A stretch of 64,000 nucleotides of DNA from Camelus ferus. Lineage: Eukaryota. The stretch lies in contig NC_045696.1 in assembly GCF_009834535.1 (NCBI RefSeq), positions 80,850,001 through 80,914,000 of the forward strand. Reading direction: 5' to 3'. The position numbers were made by a program, and so were the translations under genes. How positions within the stretch are numbered: position 1 is the first letter of the stretch; every line of letters starts with the position of its first letter. This document shows positions 26,015-39,444 of this stretch, in pieces. Below the pieces are notes generated by a model. The model saw only the letters and a program-made list of their open reading frames with translations, had not been told where the DNA came from and did no database searches.

Positions 26015-26197
26015 TAAAATTTTTTTTATTGAGTTACAGTCATTTTACAATGTTGTGTCAAATTCCAGTGTAGAGCACAATTTTTCAGTTATACATGAAC
26101 ATAAGTATATTCATTGTCACATTTTTTTCGCCGTGAGCTACCACAAGATCTTGTATATATTTCCCTGTGCTGTACAGTATAATCTTGTTTATCTATT
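26015..26197 (-). mobile_element. 5'-truncated lineage-specific L1 (183 bp)
   Basis: Same 3' end as the 22914 and 54976 copies; perfect 13 bp TSD tggaaagaatttt (26002-26014, 26198-26210) at a TTTT/AA endonuclease site. Confidence 0.92.
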
Positions 26198-27889
26198 TGG
26201 AAAGAATTTTAATGATAAACAAAGTCTACATGGGAGAACTGGCAAGAGTGATGGGGACAGGGATCCCCGCTGAGCCAGCGGAGGAGGCCAGGGAGCCATC
26301 CAGATGGCCCCTGCAGCGAGACCAGCCCCACCACTCACAACTGTGCAGCCTCTGTCAGCTGCTGTGGCTCTATGTCCTTGATACTAAATGTGATTGTCGT
26401 GAGGACTATTGTGATACATGTAATGTGCTTGCAGTGCATGGCCCAGAGTTGGCACTCTTATCCATTCATATTTGAAATAGACATCGGTTTCTCTTAACAC
26501 TTGTATTTGCCTGTAGAAATGAAATATCTGTTTAAATTCAAAGATACAACTGAGCTGATACTACTATAAAGAGGGTAATATTTAACTCTAGAACATGTCA
26601 AAGGAAATGACTCAGAAAGCTTATGGCAGAGAACAGAGGCTGTGCAAGGAGGTCAAAGGATTTAGGGAAAACTATGAAAACTGAGTTTCATGCTAAAAAT
26701 TTCTTGTGTAATTATAGATATGTTTTTGTTTCTAGCTAGGGGGAAAAAAAGAGAAAGAACATAGTTTCCAATTCCTGTTTTGTGGACACAGGAAGTCCGG
26801 ATTATTTAGCACCATCATCTCCAGTCTCAACACTTCAGGGAGAAAAGCAGTCAGTGTTAGGCCAAATGGTGGCTTTGATATGAAACCAAGAAAGAAGGAT
26901 GAGTAAGTGGCAGATTGCTGGGCTCTGGGGGTTTCAGGACTAGATTAGATGTGAAGCTCAAGAGGAGGATAGTATTTGGAAATTAAACTTCTAGCTCTTG
27001 GAAACATGTAAGTAATAGCAAGTCTGTCCTGTTTGCATTTTACAGAGGAGAAACCTGGCAGCTGTTAGTTGCTGGGTTACACTGATAATAAGGGAAGAAT
27101 GAACCTAGGTCATCTGATTGGTCTCCTGCATCACTGACATTTAGTTATCTGTCCGAGCCTCATAATCAGCCCTCCAGTAATATTTGTGGAACTGATGTTG
27201 TCTTTAAAAAGTTCAAAGATCCAAATAATCATTGAGTTGCGGTTTTCTTTCTTTCTTCCTTTCTTTCTTTCTTTTTTTTTTTTTTTTTGATATATTATTT
27301 TCTCAAAATATGTAATCTGGAATGTAAAATATGATAATATCATTTACTTTATTGAAAGACAGCTAAACTTAAAAAATATTTATGCAAGGCTTACTATGTC
27401 TCTAGAGATTGAGTTTAGTACTTGAAAACACATTTATGATTTTTGCATTTCAGGGAGCATCAAATCAGTTCTGTACAAATCATTGCTGTATAATACGTTT
27501 TGGGAGGTTATATAGTATAGATTTGCCAATTAATTTCTTCAGAATGAAAAATGAGAAGATAAGAAATCCCCATGATTCTGTTTGGTTGTAAATGATCTAA
27601 TTATAATTCATTTCACATTCATACATTATGATGTGATTTTTGGTTTAGAAATCCCATTTCATTTATTTCCCTTTGCAAGCAAACATTACATACTGAAAAA
27701 AATATGGGGAGAACTTTGTAACTTACATTAGAAAGGGAAGCAAGAAGTAAATCACAGTTATCCTCACAAAATGAAAGTTGAGGGGTTTTTTGGTTATTGT
27801 TCCTCTTTGAATTGTTTTATTCTAGAAGTATATAAAGGAATAAAATTGTCCTGGTGTTCATCCCTCCTGCCACCCATGGTTCTACCCCT

Positions 27890-28130
27890 CGTGGGTTAAG
27901 GAGCTGGATTTTGGAGTCAAATCAGCCAATGTTAGGTCTAGCCCCATCACTGCCAGCCATGTGGCCCTGGACAAGCTTCCTACCCTCTCTAAACTTCCCA
28001 TCTTAAAAATGGGGGTAACAATAGGACCCAGCTCCTAAGGTTGTTGTGAGGAGTCAATGAGACCGTGCAATTTATCTTTTTGTATGGTGCCTGGCATATA
28101 GTACATATTCAGCAAATAGTATCTAATGTT
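27890..28130 (+). mobile_element. MIR SINE
   Basis: gggttaaggagctggattttggagtcaa...atgtggccctggacaag...aaaatgggggtaacaatagg...ggttgttgtgaggagtcaatgag...gtgcctggcatatagt. Confidence 0.85.
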
Positions 28131-30117
28131 AATATTTACTTTAACAGTAATAGCTGTAGTCGATATTATTATTCTTGTGTTTTGGCGAAGGCAGTGTTTA
28201 TGCATGTAGTATCTGGAAGGGAAAGTACCTGTTCCCTTTAATGGTCTTGCCAATCATGTTGTAAATTAAGATCAGAAGAAAGCTCTAAAATCCTCTGATT
28301 TTTACCACTAAATAACTAGAGATAATTAAATGTTCCCTGCAAAGATTTCTGAACTCTAATATTTAACACCAGGGGGAAAAAGAATCCTTTTTACTTCCCA
28401 GATACAGATGCAAATAGAAACAAAACACAGCTGCAGTTATGGCTCCATGGGCACCATCACTACTTGGTACCAAAAGAGATAATGATCTTGCAGTATGATT
28501 CTGTAAGGAGGTAGCAAAATCAATTACATTATCTCAAGTGTAAACACTGTAGGCCTGACCCCATTGCTGGTTGATAGGCTGTAACTGTGACAGCTGCTCA
28601 CCCACCATCATTAATTACTTTAGGTCAAAGAGAACATGGGCTAATAAATAATGATGTGACAACACAGGAGTGTAGATGGCCTTACAGCTTGATATTCAAG
28701 AATAAACCAGCAGTACAATTGTTGGATGAAAAGTCAACACAAAGCAACCATGCACTTAAGTGAAGGCGGTGATGAACAAGTAATTTGGTTCATTTTCCAT
28801 TATGAAATGGTAAGGTCTTCACAAAAGCATGAACAAATCTTCAAAGCCTTTGGGCTGACTGCAATTCCATGCAATCTTATAAATTATTATGAACCATAAA
28901 AATAAAAGGCTAAGAAGAAGTTTAGGAGGCCTTTGGGATATTTATTTCCATAATTGTAAAGACAGTGGGGCCAGTAGGAACCCTTCAAAGGGTGGTGATT
29001 AAAGTAGAGAATATCTATTGTTCTTATGGAACTTCAGCTTCATATGAATGATTAACCTATCGACATTCAAGCCCATAAAATAAAATCAATAGTTATGAAC
29101 CTCTATAACCAAGTCCATGAGATTTCAGAGCCAGACCGATCTGCTTTATAAATTCAACACTGACACAACTGGAGTGACCTTGGACAAGTTATTTAAATAA
29201 ACAATCAAAGTTTTGAATGCAGATAATTCAGGATAATCATAAATACAATACCAGGGAGGATCATCGTGGATTCTAAAATGGTGCTTAGGACATAGTAAAC
29301 ACTTGAGGATAATTGATAAGAGGATTCCTTTCTCACTCTTCCTAAAACTCTTCACAAATTAATATCCTTTTTTTCTCTCTATCTGAAATAGGACTTTTTT
29401 TAGCTTGATCCAGTGACTCTGTACTATTTATTCCAATTAGCTTACAATGTGTAAATTACGGTGGTCTCTATATCTTAAATTCAACATGAATTTTTAACAT
29501 TAACACTCTGCCCAAAAGCAGGGTCATTGGGAATAACCCTTGTTTTCCTTTGCTATGCTGAGAAAGTTGGCAGAGTTAACCGTTTGGCTATTTAATCAAT
29601 GAAAAATACCTAAAGTCTTTACAAACTCACACGTAGCAATGATATGATGTAATTTCTTACTCTTTTATCCTTGTTTCATTTCCTCTAAGTTTTTCATTAC
29701 CTTTTATTTTAATAAAGCAAACCCTGGCTCATGGTTGGCATCTAATTAGTGCTTATTGAATTGAGAGGGAAGGAAATAAATATTTAAATTATGACCAGAG
29801 GCAAAGGCTTCTCATATTCATTTGAAAAACTACTCCAGTTAGTTTCTTGGTATAGGAGAAGGGTTAAATTGATTACAGTAAAAGGGTTTTAGTGTTAAAG
29901 GGACCCTAGAGATGAAATGGCTCAACCTCCTTAATATACAGAGGTGGGAACCAAGGCCTTGAGTTTAAACGGTAGAGCTGCAAGAGGAATTCATTTCTCT
30001 TTCTTTCCATTTGAGTCAGTTCCAAAGGGCCTTGCTCCAGGGCACTTGCTTTACTAACACTTCCATCTATTCTAGTGGCACTTGCATATCTACAAAAATT
30101 ATACAGAAGATAAAGAT

Positions 30118-30392
30118 CATGGTTCAGAACATCAGCTTGGGGGTCAGACAGACCTGGTTTTGAATCCCTTAGTAGCCTTACTCCATCACCTCCTAGCTAT
30201 GTGACCTTGGAAAGGTTGCCCAAAATATTCATCAGGTTACCTAATCTCTCTATGCTTCAGTTTCCATGTCTGTAAAGAGAGGATGACAAACTCTTGTCCC
30301 CTTCAGAATGACGATAAATGTGATAATGGATGTCAAGGGTTATCACCAAGCCAGGGTCATACCAAGCAATCAGTACACAGTAACTGTTACTA
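30118..30392 (+). mobile_element. MIR SINE (source of the local 122 bp duplication)
   Basis: ggggtcagacagacctggttttgaatccc...ctagctatgtgaccttgg...gcttcagtttccatgtctgtaaa. Confidence 0.8.
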
Positions 30393-31374
30393 TAATATGA
30401 ATTTCGAAGTGGGAGGGAAGGTTGATGGAAAGTGATGTAGGCGAGGATAGTCCTGTATTTTGCTAATAGTGGGCCACAAATTTGGCTCCAACTTTCTTAT
30501 AGCCAACATGGAGGAAGAAATACGGTGGATTACATAGTTCCCAGAGAACTTAGACATACTGGTTCTATATATCTGGGGCAAACCAGAACCTCTCGTCTCT
30601 ACTCCCATCCTTGCATTTCCATACAATTTCTCTTTCTACCACACACAGCAGTATAGGTTTAGAGACTTGATGAGTTACAATACGGGCTGCACAAGTCTGC
30701 TCAAGACTCTCTCTCAGCATTTCTCACAGAGCCCCCAGCTCCTTGATAGCATCTGTAGGAGGGAGCCCAGCCAAGCAGCTTCTGCTCAGCACATGCCATT
30801 CTCAGGGAGGCCAAGACCATGGAGGAGGCCAGGCATGAGTTTGGGGTCATGTAGCTTATTTCCCTCACCAATATCAGGCACACCTGAATTGCCGGGACCG
30901 GCCTATTCACCTTTACACATTCACTCATTCCATCTCACAGTGAGAAGGTGGTAGATGCTTCCCAAATGTTTGGAATTTCCAGTAATGAGTGAATCTGGTA
31001 TGGAAGCCCTCTTGTTCTGGGGTCTGGCTGTAGTAGAGACATTATTTCTGGCAATACGGATTTTTCACCTAACTGATGACAGTGCTCAGGGCTTAAATCT
31101 CAGTATTTTAAATGAAAAATAAAATTCTCTGTGAACATTTCTTCCCTGGGTACTGATGTGCAATGACCTGTGTTATTAAATGTCTGAATGAAATAGAACC
31201 AGTTTTCTAAAAAAAAAAGAGAGAGAGAGAGAGAAGAGTATAATTCTTGCACCTCTGGTATCTTCCAGAATAGGTATACTAATCGGTTACCTTCCAAGGC
31301 ACGGATGTCATTATAACTCAAGTAAAGTCATGCCCAAAATCTCATTTCTCAAAAAGAGTGTACACTTTGCTTGG

Positions 31375-31496
31375 GAATCCCCTACTAGCCTTACTCCATC
31401 ACTTCCTAGCTATGTGACCTTGAAAAGATTGCCCAAAATATTCATCAGGTTACCTAATCTCTCCAGGCTTCAGTTTCCATGTCTGTAAAGAGAGGA
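31375..31496 (+). repeat. 122 bp direct copy of 30162-30283
   Basis: Ungapped by-eye alignment, 7 mismatches in 122 bp. Confidence 0.95.
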
Positions 31497-31970
31497 AATC
31501 CAGAAAGGTTATGCTATCATAAAAATATTTTAAAATCTGCATATTGAAATTATTATAAAATGCCCCAAGTTCTCTGTAGAAAATACTTAAAGTTGCTTAT
31601 TTTAGATGATATTCTTTCTTTCCATGTATTTATTAGAGTTAAGAATAAATTCCTTTTCTCTGAATAACGATTCCCAAACCAAACTCCCTTAAGTCTTTCC
31701 TCACTTATCCAAGTTAATAAAATTGGATGAAAGATATATTGGCATTTATTCCATGAGCTGTTTCTTTTTTCTTGCTTGTTTCCTTGCTTGAGATACGATT
31801 AAGTATCTCACTGCAGTTTAATTTACAAGCGAAGAATCCTTTAAATGTTAAACCAGAAAAGAAATGAAAAGGTTGAGATAATGGGGCTCACACAACAGAC
31901 TTGTTCCATGTGCTGCATCTAAGCCTGGATTTAAATTGTAGAATAGGGTTTTATTTGACCAAATTAATAA

Positions 31971-32189
<219 letters not shown>

Positions 32190-32396
32190 TGATGGTCTGA
32201 GCTGGGGGAAGAGACTTTATCAGGACTTTCCTGGCAGAGCACAGATTTGAAACAACCAGCAAATGATTGATTCTCCTTGCCCATGTCTAACGCTGGGCTG
32301 AGTTTCATTAGCTGTTTTCTTGTAGCACGTTATGATTCTTAAAGAAGATGCCTGTAAAAGGCAAGTTATGCCAATATCATTGTATTCTTGCAATAA

Positions 32397-32591
<195 letters not shown>

Positions 32592-34246
32592 TGAATTAAC
32601 ATGCTGCCTTGCATCTTCCTTCCTCCAGCTATGACTGTTTTTAACTGTTTGTGTTTTTGTTTATCATTGCTGAGTCCTTATCACCTCTCAGGTTTCTGCA
32701 TCCTTCGCATTTAGTCTTTATCCTCATGCGCCTATTTCCCCATTCTGAAAAAAATTTTTTTAAGGCATTTAAGGCAATTTATAAATTTAATAAATCGCAA
32801 AATGCCTCCCCTAGTCCTCCTCTCTCCCCAGTTTTCTGTTCACTGTGGACTCCTGGGGCAGTGCCATTCCAGCTAGAATGCCAGATATAAGCCAAGGAAA
32901 AGTTGAGATTTCCTAAAGCTGTTTAGCAAGAAAATAATGATGTTACCTGGCTCTTGAAAGAAACAAAAGCCAGGATGCTGGACTGGCCAGTCCTGTTGCC
33001 CCGAAGTGCCGCTCAGAGAATTCTCCACTGCTCTGACTCGTTCCTGACGTGTTCTTTAGGCCCCACTCACATGTGTTTTCTTTACACTCTGGAACAGCAC
33101 TGGGAGCAGAGTGCTTTCAACAACCAAAACTGCATCCCTTGAAGGGGACTGGATTGTCTAATTGTATAATTTTTCTCCCTTTATTTGGCTTATCTTAAAT
33201 TGAACACTTTTCAGTTGAGTGCAAAGTTTCTGGCCTCTCTGAGTTTTCCTTCTTTGTAAGACGTGATATGGGAGGATGCCCAAAATGTTGGCCAAGGTGA
33301 AAGACAGCATTCAATACTGAACCTCAGGACTGGGTTCCTTGAACTGCTGGGTGTAGTAACGGTTGTGGATCCTAACTAGAGGCAAAGCAAGTGCTAGATT
33401 TGAATATTTCCTGGTGATGTGTTTGGATTCTAGACTTAAGAGCACAAATTGCATGGATTCTCATGCTCCTGTTTTATATACAACATCTGCACAGAGTGGT
33501 ATGCTTTAAAAGTTTGCAAAATATACCAGACATCACTGATGAATGGCAGCAGGCTGGGAGTCACCCATGGGGTTACAGATACCTAAGCCCAGATAAACCA
33601 GCAAAGCAGGAGACATACTCTCTTCCACCCCCAGCACCTGTCAACATCTGTGGTGCCTAAATCTCCCCGCAGGGGCCAGTGTCCTCCCTGAGGTGTCCAT
33701 TCCCCCCAACCCCCACACCATGGAAACTTCTTTCAGGATTGCCTGTGCTTTATAAATATCCCTCATCTCCTGACACTTTCTAATATAACAAAATTTTTAT
33801 CTCCCAGGTCTGTTAACTCTTCTGCTTGAAATAATTCACTAGTCACCAAGATATATTTGCATTTTAATAAGAAATGTTTTTGAAATTGTAAATGGAAATT
33901 CATTTTTAGTTAAGTAGTTGGGGAAAATATTTTGTGTGTAGGAAGATGTTTTGCTCTTTCCCCTCTAATCATCCTGTGCCTTCCTAGTCGCTGGTGTTTC
34001 TTCAGGACAGGGTGGTGTTGTAGGATGGACCTTGCAGGGCATTTCAGAAGGAGAAGGCATTAATGCCATTTGCGAAGAGCAAAAGTGGGCTAAGATTGTG
34101 CTCCACGATCAAATCCATTTCCTCCAGCTTCCCTCCCACCCTCTCCAATTGTCTGTTCACTGCTTGTACTTTTGGACAATCCCCTGTTGGCTGATTAGAG
34201 CTTTTATTCACCATCTCTTTTACCTGGTTTCTTATTTCAGGTGTAG

Positions 34247-34248
<2 letters not shown>

Positions 34249-34282
<34 letters not shown>
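34249..34282 (+). repeat. (GT)17 microsatellite
   Basis: Uninterrupted GT run. Confidence 0.95.
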
Positions 34283-34284
<2 letters not shown>

Positions 34285-34542
34285 TTGGAGCAAGATTTGT
34301 GAGTTTGTCTTTGGTGTGATTCAGTTTGTCTTATGTATATTATAAGATGAGTATCTGAGTGAATATTATTTCTGTAATCGGTTGTTTTTGAAAACATTTT
34401 GCTTAAGTACTTAGTACACAAAATAAGTAGGCTGGATTTAAAGGTACTTCCATGTTACATGTTAGTTAGCTTTTGTTCATTGAGAGACTTTGGAATTCTT
34501 ATTTTTATCTAAAATATCAACCATTTTTATTTCTCACTCTAG

Positions 34543-34689
<147 letters not shown>

Positions 34690-34906
34690 TAACTGTTTCA
34701 GAATTAAAGTTATACCAGTACACAAGTTGGGTGGAAAGACTATTTTATTTGCACTGTTGGTTAACTAGTCTATTGTTGGTGGATATTTTTTATTAAATAG
34801 GTCTTCTAAAAATAAGCCATCTCAGGAAAGATACGACTAGAGTGTTGATTCAAAGAATAATCTAATAAATGTTTGCATTGTGTGTGTGTGTTTGTGTGTG
34901 TTTTAG

Positions 34907-35012
34907 ACACACATTTAGAAGACAGAATGTCAAAGAAGAGCCTCGAGAGATGCCAAGCTTGCCCCGTTCATCTGAAAACATGATCCAAGAAGAGCAGTTC
35001 TTTGGTAAAAGG
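34907..35012 (+). CDS. PLD1: PLD1 coding exon 4 (PX domain, aa 145-180; includes Thr147)
   Basis: Acceptor (tg)n ttttag; (R)[35 protein letters not shown]; donor AGG|gtgagt; 106 nt, cumulative 540. Confidence 0.97.
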
Positions 35013-35730
35013 GTGAGTCCTTTTGCCCCTCTGTTGTTCTGAGCATGCTTTGGCTGTGCTGTAGAAACGCGGCACCTCCTCAGGGGTGAGGTGGGCCTGG
35101 GCGCCGCTTCCGTCACCCGCTGCTCCATCAGCCAGGCTGGTTTAGCTTCTCTGGAACTCGTTAGGTAACCCCCCACCCCACCCCGCCCCCAAGCCACTCT
35201 GACCCTGAGGTTGCATTTTCCCAGAAGCAGAAGAATGTTCTGTCAGGAGTGACATTATGAGGAAGCTGCCCTCCCTGCAGGACACTCTTGCGGTTTGTTG
35301 TGAGTCAAGGTTGAGCTCATCCTTGAGGGCTTTGAGATCTACTCTTTTTAAAATAATCTGTTTCCATATATTATCGTAAATACATGTAAAATCTCATTCC
35401 CAAACTCTAGATGGGGCAGTTAGGGTCTGGGAAGAGTAGGACTGAGTACAGACATGTGTGACAATAGGATAGAAATCTCAGGAGGGGGACACTTCTGCCC
35501 GCTCTGCTTCAGTGATACATGGTGCTGCATAGGGTAGAAGATTAATTTTTTTACCAGGAAATTGACAAGTAAGTGTCAGTTCTCTTTTGTAATCTGAAAC
35601 TTTTATGTACTGAAAGGGATGTATTCAGGGTTCCTTGTCCAGTGATAACAGCAATAAATAATTGAATAGCTTATGGAAGCTAAACTGGAATGAAGCTCAC
35701 ATCATTGTCACTGTTTAAATTTTTCTTTAA

Positions 35731-35862
<132 letters not shown>

Positions 35863-38503
35863 TGAAATAATTTATAAAATCGTAACGTGTCAGCTAAATT
35901 TTGGATCATTTTATTAACACAAGTGCTTTTATCCACTTCTGCACTACTCCTTGGGTTAAACTAAATGAAATGAATACAAAGTCGATTTGACAGTAAGGAT
36001 CCCGTTTAAGAGTATGCTGTTTATTTTAATCAAATGTAACTTAATTAATATGTCGATAACAATAGATTTAAATGAGCTTGAAATGCTACTACAGGCTGGA
36101 TTATCTAGAAATCAACCTCCTTCTCTCCTCAAGCTTCCGGAATAATGCCCCAAAGTATTTCTAACACTGAAGAAAAAACATTGAGTAGTTGGTGATGAAA
36201 ACAGTTGAGCAGAGTTGAATATACGGAGATTATGTGGAGCATACCGTGCTTGCCATCTGATTGGCCTGCGAGGCCCGTCAAAGGCCTGTCTTTTCGTGTG
36301 AAAGTGAGAAGCATGGGAAGAGCTAAGAGAAAAGAGAGGAGAGGCGGCGGGGCTTAGAAGCAGCTGCAGAGACGAAGTTTGGGAGGCATGTAGCTGGCCA
36401 GCAGGAGGAAGTGGACTTTACAGAAGGCATCAGAAAGCAGTGAGCTCTGCCCTCTTAGAGGCCCTTGAAGGGGGAGTGTTTTTAAAGACTTTAAATTTAA
36501 AGCTTTCAATTATCCAGTGGTTCAGATGATGGAAAGTGCACTGGATTATCATACTTTGTGCCTCTGTATGTATAAACTGTATTGCTGTGGAGGCTGGACT
36601 GTGGGTGTACCATCTACATGCAGGACTTAGAGTAGGTGCAGTTATGATCTGGCCTCTGTGTAGAGAACGGCATTATGTAAGCCAGAAAGAAGGAAGCCCT
36701 CTGTATTTAGGAGAGGAAGCAAGAGTGCCTTGCCTCTCTGGAGTTTTTTGGTGACTCGCTGAGCTATTGCTGCCTGCCAGTGTGTTATTTGGAGGCTGGT
36801 CATGGAGCCAGCGGGTCCTCTTTACTCACAAATGCCTGGGGGCCGGGCCACGGCCCGCCTTCTGCAGCAGCTTCCTCTGTGGTGGCCCATGGACGGGAAG
36901 GACACCTGTGGCTTCACAGTCCAGGAGAAGAGTTTTCCCAGGGAGACCAGCACTTTGGGTCCAACCAGAGGACCTGAAGAGAAGGCTGGTGGGAAGGATT
37001 GCTTCCCTTCCTAGGACTCGGGAGTGTGCGTCTTTGAAAGAACATAATGAATAAGGATATTACTGCTTTTATTACTGAAAGTGCTGCTGCTGGTCGTATT
37101 CTCCAAAATCAGACGTGTTGTTTCCTTCAGTAGAGAATTATTTAGTGTGTACTAGTACCAGGGTGCGAGCATCTTCCATTTCTTTTACCTTTCTGCCTGC
37201 CTGTGACTTGACTTCAATATTTCTTTTGGCTCTGGCACAGGGCTTGCTGAGCTTAGTCTCCTCTTTCTCCATGCCTTACTATACTTGGGAGTCCAGTGTT
37301 GATCAAGAAATGTTTACATTTTTTCAAAATACTCATTTTTTTATTTTCCAATCATAAAAATCTTTTAAAAGTTGAAGCATGTTGTATTTAGATATTCCAG
37401 AGTGTCTTCTGAACATTTCCTTTGGAGGGGAAAACCTGGCTACAACTGACTCAATGTGTGTTACTTCTCTTTTTCTGTTGTTACTTAGATTATTCTCTCC
37501 AACAGCGGAATTCTCCAAAGTGCTGCAAGCATAGGATACAATATGATCTGTCTTAATTGTGTAATATTATTTTCCTCATTCTGAATGTAATCTGGCCCAG
37601 AGACTAGATTTGCAGGCTCACAAGTTCCTCTGGAAAGAAAAAAAGATACTGATTAGCACATTATTCAGAGATCAATAAGCCTGTGGAATATTGTCAGGCT
37701 AAATGGGTCATTAAATTCTTTTTATTTTATTTGAAAATCAGGATACATCTGTTCTTTTATTAAATTCTTATTCCTGAGCGTTACCTACCCCAATGGAGGG
37801 ATGAAACTTTTATCACTGAAGGTGCACTGAGAAGTTTGGACAACACAATCTTTGTTAAATTTCAAATTGTACTAATTAGGTTTGTTTCTAAATTGACCTT
37901 GCCACATTTGTTTTCAGTTTGATAAATCTGTATTAGAATATTTGTTGGCAAAGATTTTTTTCTCTATAATAGGACTCGTTTTTTCTATAAATGTCTCTTT
38001 GGTAAACCATTAGGATAAATTTAATTTTTATCTTAATACAAAACTTTAAATCTGCATTGCTGATATGTACTTTTTTAATTTAGATTAAATTCTTTACAGT
38101 TAGCAATTTTGGTATGATGTTCTGAAGCTATGATTTCTGAATTATTTCAAAGAATATTTCCGTTGTCAACTATTTGGTAAGAGCTATGTGAATAAGAAAA
38201 TAATCAAGTATTAGATAAGTGTTTCCCTGAGCTTTGCTTTTCATTTTCTAGTCTTCCATTCAACCAGTCTCTGACTTTGCATAAATCAGTTACACCTCTG
38301 TAGTAGTTTTTCCCAATATAAACTAGGATTAGTATTTCCTCTCTGCTTCTGAGAGAGAAAATGAGAAGTTATGGCTCAGGGTTTTTAAACATTTTGGATC
38401 CAATGGCTTAAAGTTCTGTGGTATCACTTTTATCAGTCTATGCATTTCTATGTTTTCCAATTAGACAGCATTTCCACATATCAGATGAAAAGCACATGGT
38501 CCT

Positions 38504-38560
38504 TGTGCTGTACACCAGAAATTGACACAGCATTGTAAACTGACCATACTCCAATTAAAA
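38504..38560 (+). mobile_element. Tiny L1 3' terminus (~57 bp)
   Basis: tgctgtacaccagaaattgacacagcattgtaaactgaccatactccaattaaaa is the reverse complement of the L1 tail type at 23572; diverged TSD aaaagcacatggtcct / aaaagttcatggtact. Confidence 0.75.
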
Positions 38561-39303
38561 AAAAGTTCATGGTACTGAATCACCATGTTTTATACAAGAA
38601 ATAAAATGTGAAGACCTTGACTTTCAAAATACTCTATAAAAAGTACTTTGTGAGGATATGTTTGATTTGAGGTTCTTAAAGGTATGTAAATCCTTTTGAA
38701 TTTTAAGGACTTCCTTAAATAACCCTGAGAAAGAAAATTGAGTATTTAATTGGACCTCACAGTACTGACAGCTCTGAGAGATGTGTAATTTTTTCTAATA
38801 AGGTTAATAATGGATTGTCCCAATCACATATACAAAACTTTAAAGGAAAATTGTTGTTTCATTTTATTAATTCTATTTACAAGCCCAGATCAAATGCCAT
38901 TTCCTCTGTGATGTCACGTTAGCTTGGAAGCGGTCACCCCCTCGCTGTAACTCTGTAACTACTTTCACATGTAACTGTTGTTCTTCCCACAGAACTCTGT
39001 TCATGGGGAGGGTTTTCCATGTCTGATCTCCTGCCTCCTAGTGCCAGGAGTGTATGCTTTTTGTCTTTGATTTTCTGTTAAGGCTGTTATTGACATGGTC
39101 TCCCACCATTGTCAGATTTCTCCATGACCTTCTTGAGCATTTAATCTCTACATCTTAGACACATCATTTTCTTGGTTGTGTTTTAATTGTGTACATGCTC
39201 TAATCCATACTCTTTCAGGACAATACCATTGTTATTGATCTGTTTAGTCTGTAGAGTACCCTAGACGTGTTTATACACAGTGGTTCCTAGTGATGTTTTT
39301 TGA

Positions 39304-39444
<141 letters not shown>

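Noticed and set aside
28250..29130. Repeat-free stretch checked as a possible processed pseudogene or NUMT
   Set aside because: No ORF or recognisable similarity by eye; a BLAST search would be needed to exclude it fully.
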